A DNA stretch of 64,000 bases, from contig NC_043013.1 in the NCBI RefSeq assembly GCF_006345805.1, positions 54,436,001-54,500,000 on the forward strand. The letters run 5' to 3'. The stretch comes from Octopus sinensis. Taxonomy: Eukaryota. A program made the translations under genes and the position numbers. Below the pieces are notes generated by a model that was not told the DNA's origin, searched no databases, and saw only the letters and a list, made by a program, of their open reading frames with translations. Shown piece by piece: positions 54,134 to 64,000 of the stretch (its first letter is position 1; the number at the start of each line of letters is the position of its first letter).

Positions 54134-57011
54134 CTGTTATTTTAGCTTTTCAGTACTGCACCATGCGACACCCTGATGACAAACTCAGGTTGCTGTTCAG
54201 AGGTATTGATGCTGATAGCATAGAATCTATCTCTTGATGTTCACCAGCACTGCACAAGTATGGCAAAAATTAAATTTTGAGCCAGACGCAGCTCTAATGA
54301 TATAAACATCATGAATGTGACCTACTGAATGTATGTGTTGTGTTAAAGCACTTTTAACTACAGTATTTCACCCAGGGAAAGTGCAATTTTAATACATATT
54401 TGTTACAGTTTATTGAACTTATTAAAAGCTAATTACTTTGAATAATTTAGTTAACAAATTAACACAGTTCTCAGATGTTGCAAGTTATTTTAACTTCCCC
54501 ATAAAACAGAACCCATTTTAAAGTAATTTTTCTTCCCCAATTGTCTAATTTAGCATTTTCCACCTGTGTGTCACTGCATTTAAATGTGTCGCCACTAATC
54601 TAGCTGTGTCAGGAAATTGAGTCAATTTTAATGACTTTTTACATGTTTAGCTGTGAAGTATATTTGAGAATGACAATTCTGCATCCTGCTGGTGATGTGT
54701 GGGTAAGACATTTAATTGCGACTGAACAAATATTTGTTAACAAAACTTAACTAATGTGTCACAAAAAATATTCTTTTAAAATGTGTTCAATCTTAAAAGT
54801 TTAAGAATCTTCAGTTTAATCAGAATATTTTTTTTTTTTAATATTTATTTTTCCAGAGTAAATGGTTTGAGGCACAGGCATGGCTGTGTGGTTAAAGAGT
54901 TTGCTCACAACTAAAAGTTTTCTGGTTCAGTCCCACCCCTCAGCACATTGGGCAAGCATCCTCTATTGTAGCCCAGGCTGACCACTAATAGATGATGATG
55001 ATGATCTATCTATCTCTTTTCTCTCTGGCCACATTAAAGTAGCAATAATGCCCTCAGTCTGTTAAACAGACTGAGAGCAGAAAAGCTATTCTTTTACAAT
55101 ATCTTTGTAAACTTCCTTGCAATTCCCAAATAATTAATTCTAAGTTGTTGAGAGGTACCATATAATTTCTTAGCTGTGAGAATATTTCAGAAATAAATGG
55201 AATATTTCAGTGGGAGTAAAATGCCTGAGAAGTCTTCTAGAATATAGAATGTACAGAGCCAAACAGATGTGCTAGCGTATCTCTATTTGATAGTCATCTA
55301 ACAGAATCGGTAAAAGGAGAATCCTCTTGAAAAAAGGAAGAATTGTTGAGTGATCCACATAGCATCTCAGGTAACGAATATTGTAATAAAAGATATGGAA
55401 ATGTGTTTGTAAAGTGAAGAAGCCCTCAATAATGGTGTAATAACCAGCATCTGATGGTTGTGATATAATAGCAAGCTGTTGATATGCTGGCCAGATAGTC
55501 ATCCATGATATCATAAATATTGGGTTTGGCACATGGAGATATCATGCTGACAAGGTTCCAAAACAGTCTTCATTTTCAACACTACACCACTTTAGAATAT
55601 TCAAGTCCTAAATCCAGCAAGTATTCTTCCACTACCTAACTCAACAAACTCACATACACACATACACATGTGCACGCGCATACACAAAAAAATGTATAAA
55701 AGGAAATAATTTAGTAAGTGAAAAATTTTTGAAGAATATCTCTGCAAATCTCCAGTATTTATAGATCTTTGGTCTATTTTTCTGTCTCTTCACAGACAAA
55801 ATAAAGAAAGTGGAAAGAAGAAAAAAATCTAAAGAGAAGGAGGGGAAATGAACTGAACAAACATCAAGGATTGTGGGAATACAAACAAATATAACCGTAT
55901 GTTTACATACACACTGTGTATACACTCTGATTCACAGTTGAATATATCTATATGCGTGTGTGCATGTGTAGATATATGCATACGGATATATGTGCATACA
56001 ACTGTCTATTACACAGTCTATTAACCTATTTTATATTGAATTTTCATTGCTATGAAAAACTGTTTACATGCACACACATATACAATATATATATAAATAT
56101 ATATATAAAGTACATATAGTGTATTAAAAATATATTTTATATGCATCTTTTATATGTTTATATATATATCTATACAAATAAACATACACACACACAGTTG
56201 AGTATATGAATGTATATACATACAAATTTTGTGTGTGTGTAGACACTTACACCAAAGTAAAATTATATACACTAAGAGACTAATACAGAAAGAGAAAGTT
56301 GAGAGAGAGAGAGAGAGAGGTAGAGAGAAAGAAAGACAAGGAAAGAGAGAGAGAAAGAGACTGACAGAAAGAAAGGAAGAAAGTGAGAGAGGGTAAGCAA
56401 GATAGATAGTATGATGGTGAGATTTATGTTCATGATTGATTTTGCCCTTGTAGAAAATTATTATTCTAGGAAAATAATGAAGCTGAAGAGTTGAATATCG
56501 ATAGAATGGGATTGTTGAAAGTGATAGAGTATAGATTTTATTGTTGTGGTGTAAACCACATACTTCTGACACAACATTTCCCTCAATAGGCAATAATTTA
56601 CTGCTGGAGTGAAGTTTCCACTTCGCCATAATGTTCCACCCTCTCTGCTCCTCTCTCCTTGCTTTCTCTCTCTAACTTTCATTTCATTTACAAATATTTT
56701 TCTTTTACATATAATTTGCCATCAGCAGCAGCAGCAGCAGCAGCAGCAGAATTATTCGTATTCTCAGAATCATTTCTCTGAAAACCATCATCCACATCAT
56801 CGCTATCATTATGGCAATGTTCATCATCATCCTTGACTTCAGTAACCCATGTTCATGTGTTTATGTCTATTGATAAGCATACACAAATACACACGTATAT
56901 ATATATATATATATATATAAAACAAAAGAGGGGTGTATTTCCATGCAGGAAAAAATATAGGCAGCCTATATACATATATCTGTATATAGACATGTGTATA
57001 TATATATATCA

Positions 57012-57648
57012 TCATCATCATCATCGTTTAATGTCCGCTGGCATGGGTTGGACGGTTTGACAGGACTGGTGAGTCAGATGGCTGCACCAGGCTCCAATCT
57101 GATCTGACAAAGTATCTACAGCTGGATGCCCTTCCTAATGCCAACCACTCTGAGAGTGTAGTGGGTGCTTTTACATGCCACTGGCATGAGGGCCAGTCAG
57201 GCAGTACTGGCAACAGCCATGCTCAAATGGTTTTTTTTATGTGTCACCTCCACAGGAGCCAGTCCAGCGGCACTGGCAACGACCTTGCTTGAATGTTGTT
57301 TTTCACGTGCCAGTCAGGCAACAATCACACTCGGATGGTGCTATTCTTTGTAAGCCCAGTACTTATTCTATCGGTCTCTTTTGCTGAACCGCTAAGTGAC
57401 GAGGATGTAAACACACCAGCATCGGTTGTCAAGCAATGCTAGGGGGACAAACACAGACACACACACTTATATATATATACATATATACGACAGGCTTCTT
57501 TCAGTTTCCTTCTACCAAATCCACTCACAAGGCATTGGTTGGCCCGGGGCTATAGCAGAAGACACTTGCCCAAGATGCCACGCAGTGGGACTGAACCCGG
57601 AACCATGTGGTTGGTTAGCAAGCTACTTACCACACAGCCACTCCTGCG
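57012..57648 (-). mobile_element. Family C element (57012-57310) abutting a family B SINE (57345-57648)
   Basis: (CAT)n then CGTTTAATGTCCGCT...GGATGCCCTTCCTAATGCCAACC; then TACTTATTCTATCGGTC...GTGGGACTGAACCCGGAACCATGTGG. Confidence 0.85.
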
Positions 57649-57814
57649 CCTATATATATATATAAGGATTTTATTTCGTAATGAGATAAAAAAAACCAAG
57701 GCTGTGTTGATTTTAGAACATTTATAGATAGGTCTTACAGCTGTTTCTAGGATATTTATTTATTATATCCCTTCATTGGAGACAGTGTGAGAGGATGGTT
57801 AAGAAATAGTTAAT

Positions 57815-58465
57815 AGAGGCCTACACAAAGTTGTAGAAATTGTGTGAAGAGGAGTGTATGAGTTTCCCAGAACTGTACGAGTGGTTCAGGTATTTCCAAG
57901 CTGGTTGAAACAACATTCTGGGGGACCCGCATCCAACAGAACTGAGAAAAACATTACAGATGTGCATGCAGCTGTGAGGGGAAATCATTGAATCACCATC
58001 CGTGAGTTATCAGAGGATGTGCAGATTAGTTATGGTTCAGTTCAGTCCATTATCACTGAAGATTTGGGTATGAGTTGCATGTCTGCCAAGTTTGTGCCAA
58101 AACTGGTTTCAGCTGGCCAAAAAGACACTTGGGTTTGGGCTGCACAAGATCTCCTTGATTGGGTTGAGAATGATGAAAACTATTTGAAAGCTCTGCGTAG
58201 GCCTCTGAGCAGGTATCGCCAAGCTTTTGGCGAAATTTGATGTAGATTCTCTGCTCGACTTTCTCTGTCATGGTCAGTGTGACGATCACACACTACACAC
58301 CTTCCTTCCAAGTACTGCTGCAAACAGCAGAAGTGAGCTAAAATGTTAAAACTTAGTGTGCATGCACAACAATGTTCACAGTCAATCTGTGCCAAGCAGC
58401 TTTACTCTGCATTCTTCAGCTTCATTACTATGGCAACAGTCCGGATACTTATTGATCAGACTACA
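57815..58465. mobile_element. Rearranged mariner remnant: 5' TIR and N-terminus on the minus strand, next transposase segment on the plus strand
   Basis: Minus strand 58271-58191: MTEKVEQRIYIKFRQKLGDTCSEAYAE, with a TIR-like GTAGTCTGATCAATAAGTATCCGG at about 58441-58464. Plus strand 57815-58190: EAY...YEWFRYFQ...ISYGSVQSIITEDLGMSCMSAKFVPKL...ENDENYLK. Confidence 0.85.
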
Positions 58466-60869
58466 TATATGTATATGTTATAACTTTCAGTGCTGGCTCC
58501 AAAGTTTACTGAAAATCTGTAGAGATATTCTTCAAGTCTTTGAGTGTATCTTTATATGAGAGCACATGTACCTTGTACTATTCGTTGTCTTTAGAATTTA
58601 TTTGAATTGGAAGTCTGTCTAGGATTTATTGTAGATAGCTTCCAGCCAAGTTGTGCCTCTTGAGGCCTAATTACTTAAACTTCCTTATCAGAAACAAACC
58701 ATTAGTAAATAGGTGTTGTGCTACTTAATTTTCTGTCTGTCTGTGATATTATATTGGAATATTTCTTACTGGAAATCCAAATTAGAAAAAGCTTGATCAA
58801 AGATATTAAAGTATGGGAGCCCATATGAAGAATGAAGCATAACTGGAATTAAAATGGTAATTTGGTCCTGGCTGTAACACTTTTGATTATAAGTTTGTAC
58901 AGTCAGAACCACCGCCACCAGCACAGAACCTTGATGTTGTTGCTAAGTCTCAGAAAAATTTCATAAAATTTTTTAAAGTCCAGTTTACATATTTTTGAGT
59001 TATAGAACTGTGGAACAATATGGTGGATATTGAAGCTGGAATGGGTAGTTGGAAAACACTGGCCATCAGTTCAAATACAACCAAGACCAACATCGGACCA
59101 GTTATTTATCTGTTACAGCCTGAGTGCAAGCTCTGTGTGGGTGGGGGGTGCGATTCTTTGGTTTGTTGATTTGGCAGATATTAGCAGAGTCAGCTTAACA
59201 ACAGCAGCAGCAGCCATTCAAGAATTTGGACCTGGAGATCTCCATTTCCAGCGTCTTCAAGGGCCACCTCCCACAGGTGTCAGACATCAATGAAGAGCCC
59301 TCGACTACAACAAGACGACCAAAGTTTTTTTTTTTTCCAAGGTCTGGGATCTCCCGCCCCTAAGCCCTTTGACCATCACCTAATCACCCTTATCCGTCTT
59401 GTTGCTTAACAACAACAACATCAGCAACAGCAACAGGAAAAGTGGACTTATATGTGGTCACTCTCCCTGCTAGAAATAGGAAGCAAATTATCCTCAAATT
59501 GAAAACAATTAAAAGACTATATGCATTACATAATGCAATCCTTGATATATTATGCCAGATCAGATGGTTAGCAACAGCAGTAACAGTTGCAACAGCAAAT
59601 AGATTTATCAGATTATGTTTCTTAATGTAAATGACAGAGGATGGGGAATTAATTTAAAGGAATTGGTTTGTAGGCAGCACCAGCATTTCTTGCTTCAGAG
59701 ATGGTAATTCCTGCCTCAGAGATTTCCTCAAGGTAAGAATAAAAGGGAGTGTAGAATGGTAAAATAAGGGAGAATACCAATATAATTGACCTGCACTAAT
59801 TAAATTGAAAGAAAATATTTCTCAAATGCTGCTGCCACTGAAATCCTCACATGCACACACTCATTCAAACACACACACACACGCACATATTTAGTGTTTC
59901 AAAAAGTTCAAAAAACTTTCACAATACTACCAAATTGACAATGTATCTTCTTGTTTTAATACAAAGACATATTTAGCAAAAGAATATACTTTTGAAAATA
60001 TTCTTCATTCTATTATCATTATTATTATTATTATTATTATTAAGTTGAAAGGGGAGGGACTTGACATTAATTCCTTCAGCTATTGTCTTTAATTTGTTCT
60101 CATTCTTTACATATTCTTCTTCTTCTTCTTCTTCTTCTTCTTTGTATTATTATTATTGTTTAACTAATTGTAGCTCTACATTTCTCTTTGACATTTTGCA
60201 TCATTCTGATGGCTGGTTAGAGTGTAAATTAACAATGCCCTAAAGGTTTCCCATCATTATCAAAATGTGAAGAAAAAGAAGAGCAAGCAGTAGCTGTATC
60301 TTTTTTATTTGTATCCGCTTTTCTTATATTTTTACTTTTTTAATTTAAAGAGCTTCTAGTACCAGAAGAAACATTATGACTTAAGTAGACACGTGTGTGT
60401 GAGTGTGTGTGTGTAGTAGAGAGAAGGGAGGTGAGTGGAACCGAGAAATGGAGGCAGATGAAAATATTCAGTTCAATCCAGCTTTATTGGTGGAACTATA
60501 AGAGCATGTGTATGATGGAGTATGTTCCTGAGGTATATTGCTTGTATGTGTGTGTGTGTGTATGTATATATATACATATATACTTACATATTTATATATG
60601 TATGAATGTGTATGTATATATATATATATACACACACACACATATATATGTATAATACATATATGTACATATATATATGTAATATATATAGTTTACATAT
60701 TATGTATTGTATTTCTACAAACACACCTTTCAAATAAATAAAATAGCATCTATATACATATACATACATATATAGATCTATATATATGGGTGTGTGTATG
60801 GTTATATATATATACATGTACATTTGTATATATGTATATATACACATACATATATATATGTATACATAC

Positions 60870-61019
60870 ACATACATATATATATGTATACATAGACATA
60901 TATACATATATATATATACATACATGTATATATATATATACATACATGTATATATATATATATACACACATATATGTATATATATATACACACATATATG
61001 TATATATATATATATATAT

Positions 61020-61052
<33 letters not shown>

Positions 61053-62054
61053 CATACATATGTACATACATATATATACATATGTACATATATATATATA
61101 TATATACATACGTACATGCATATATATATATATACTCACAATACATTTGGCAAGATCATAACTTCACAGAAATTGGAAAACCTTTTTCCTTTTTTTATTT
61201 CCTCTTGGTGTATTTATTGCAAAGAAAATGCATCTAAAACTATACGGGATTAAATTTTTGCTATCAACTTATTACGAACCTTCATCTACTTTCTACAATG
61301 CCGCCGCCGTTCCAATAAAACACCGACATAGGAAGCTGTATGTGTGAAAAGAATGTGTAAAAAATATCACCTGAATTCTTGAGTCTGAATGGTTACAAAC
61401 TGTGTGTGTGAGGGAGAGATGGAGCTGGAAAGAGGTTGTTGCGTAAGGATGGCAGGTCAAATTAGTTTTTTGTAATGATGCATATTATTGTAACGGCAAA
61501 AAGTTAGCAAGAAGAATATTTAGTATAATTATAATGGAAGGTATTTCATAACAAGGAGACCGAGTTCGGGGCGAGGGTGGCGGGGGAGGTTCAGAAAGTT
61601 AAGTATTATGTATTATGATTTCTGTTTTGTTTTTGTTTTATGGGTTTTGTGTTGTGTTTTTTTTATTTTTGCATTGGTTTTTTTTTTTTGTTCATTAATT
61701 ATTTCTCTCATTTTCTTTCTTTTGTTGTTGTTTTTATTAACTCCACACCAGACATTTTGGAGTCAGATCTAATTTAGACATAACCTCCCAGAGTGCAAAA
61801 CAGCCAGCAGAAGGAAGAGTGAAATGTATAGAGATACCTCTAGAACTTCACACACACACTTGTAGGGGGGAAGGAGGGGATAGGGTGAGGGAGACAGAAT
61901 GAAAGCTCTTAGAGTTATAGGCAAAATAAAAATACATATACATACACACACATAGATGTGCGTATGTATATGTATATATATATATATACACACACACACA
62001 TATATATGTATACATAGACATATATACATATATATATATATAATATATATATAT

Positions 62055-62085
<31 letters not shown>

Positions 62086-62996
62086 CATACATATGTACAT
62101 ACATATATATACATATGTACATATATATATATATATATACATACGTACATGCATATATATATATACTCACAATACATTTGGCAAGATCATAACTTCACAG
62201 AAATTGGAAAACCTTTTTCCTTTTTTTATTTCCTCTTGGTGTATTTATTGCAAAGAAAATGCATCTAAAACTATACGGGATTAAATTTTTGCTATCAACT
62301 TATTACGAACCTTCATCTACTTTCTACAATGCCGCCGCCGTTCCAATAAAACACCGACATAGGAAGCTGTATGTGTGAAAAGAATGTGTAAAAAATATCA
62401 CCTGAATTCTTGAGTCTGAATGGTTACAACTGTGTGTGTGAGGGAGAGATGGAGCTGGAAAGAGGTTGTTGCGTAAGGATGGCAGGTCAAATTAGTTTTT
62501 TGTAATGATGCATATTATTGTAACGGCAAAAAGTTAGCAAGAAGAATATTTAGTATAATTATAATGGAAGGTATTTCATAACAAGGAGACCGAGTTCGGG
62601 GCGAGGGTGGCGGGGGAGGTTCAGAAAGTTAAGTATTATGTATTATGATTTCTGTTTTGTTTTTGTTTTATGGGTTTTGTGTTGTGTTTTTTTTTATTTT
62701 TGCATTGGTTTTTTTTTTTGTTCATTAATTATTTCTCTCATTTTCTTTCTTTTGTTGTTGTTTTTATTAACTCCACACCAGACATTTTGGAGTCAGATCT
62801 AATTTAGACATAACCTCCCAGAGTGCAAAACAGCCAGCAGAAGGAAGAGTGAAATGTATAGAGATACCTCTAGAACTTCACACACACACTTGTAGGGGGG
62901 AAGGAGGGGATAGGGTGAGGGAGACAGAATGAAAGCTCTTAGAGTTATAGGCAAAATAAAAATACATATACATACACACACATAGATGTGCGTATG

Positions 62997-63010
<14 letters not shown>
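60870..63010. repeat. Near-identical direct tandem duplication, period about 1030 bp, junctions in (TA)n/(CA)n
   Basis: CTCACAATACATTTGG at 61135 and 62166; GCAAAATAAAAATAC at 61921 and 62951. The only difference seen in the unique part is a 1-bp indel (GGTTACAAAC vs GGTTACAAC). Confidence 0.95.
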
Positions 63011-63062
<52 letters not shown>

Positions 63063-64000
63063 TAAATTAGACACAGTTTTAGGATTTTCTCAGATTTTGG
63101 TAACTTTAGATGTAAGTAAAAATATTTGATTTCAGACTAGATTGAGGAAATGGGTAGCTTCATTTAAGAGAAATATACCGTTTCTTTTTCTATTTTTTTT
63201 TGCATTTTTTATTTTATTTTTATTTGTTCTTTTTTTTTTCTTTTTTTCTCTTTCGCTTTCCTATTAGAAGCAGGTGTAAATCAAAAAGGCTTTGCATCCA
63301 AAATGTCTTGATTCCTTCTCCTTTATCTTTTATTTACCCTGTCAGATCTCGTTAGAACAATGAGATTTTTAACAGCATGATTTTTCTTAAGAAGCATTTC
63401 TCCAAGAATCCATACAGAATTTAATATGATTTCTTTTGTTAATCATGTGAGAATGGATTAGTTGAATGTTCTCATAAAAATATGTTAGAAGTAAAATATT
63501 AACAGACTAAGCTAGAATTGGTAATTCCAGAGCTGCATAAAATTCTATAAAAAAAGTCAGTTTCTGTGAATATCTCTGTCTCTGACATGTCTCTTGGTAT
63601 AACATGTAAGGGGAGAATATATTTGTAAGTTATACAGTAACTGAAACAAAACATTTCTTTTCTCCCTGGGTGGGTGGGTGAGGTACGCTCCATAATATAA
63701 GACAGAATTCATTAAATATGTCTCCAACTGGTTAAAAATCAAAAGGAATGATGACAATGGCACTGTAGCCTCTTAACATATTTCATCCCCTTCCACACAG
63801 GATATTCTAAGAGAATAGTTCTAGGTGCAGAGTTTATTAGATATGTTTGAAGAATTAATGGTGCTGTGAATGATCAGAATAAAACATAAAATCAACATGT
63901 AGAGAGCTCTTATGTTCTTAGCCTATTTTTGTAATCATCACTACAAATTATGGAGAAGAAAGCACATGGCAGACATGATCAGAGATGATAGGTGAAAGAC

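Noticed and set aside
55272-55560. Possible Gypsy RT remnant (DAGYYTI)
   Set aside because: Similarity is limited to a few residues across frameshifts; not supportable by eye.
56724-56836. (CAG)9 followed by His-rich codons, resembling a polyQ transcription-factor exon
   Set aside because: Short and low-complexity, with no donor site or domain; treated as a microsatellite.
63346-63380. Strong acceptor followed by LVRTMRFLTA* (possible terminal exon); similar isolated AG/GT-bounded segments near 2488, 20390, 22436, 29330, 49566 and 54154
   Set aside because: Isolated splice-like signals are frequent in such DNA; there is no linked, recognisable reading frame.

Overview
AT-rich, repeat-saturated eukaryotic DNA, most likely an octopus (coleoid cephalopod) intronic or intergenic region. 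This is inferred from the very dense (TA)n/(CA)n/(GA)n/(AAT)n/(CAT)n microsatellites and the tRNA-headed SINE families. I recognise no complete protein-coding gene, rRNA, true tRNA gene or CRISPR array. Almost all ORFs in the supplied track are microsatellite or SINE read-through. Supported content: dozens of copies of three retroposon families (four with intact 13-16 bp target-site duplications), two decayed mariner transposons (one DD34D, one internally inverted), RTE-type LINE fragments, two MITE-like elements, a 28-bp minisatellite built from a Tc1/mariner-like terminus, two microsatellite-bounded near-perfect tandem duplications (335 bp and about 1030 bp), and a weak chain of candidate plus-strand exons at 3.6-5.9 kb. 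The most interesting object is a head-to-head palindromic element at 41.6-42.2 kb. Each arm joins a tRNA-like Pol III head to a Penelope-type minimal hammerhead ribozyme motif, and both hammerhead copies here carry substitutions predicted to inactivate them. SINE and LINE boundaries are approximate (read by eye).
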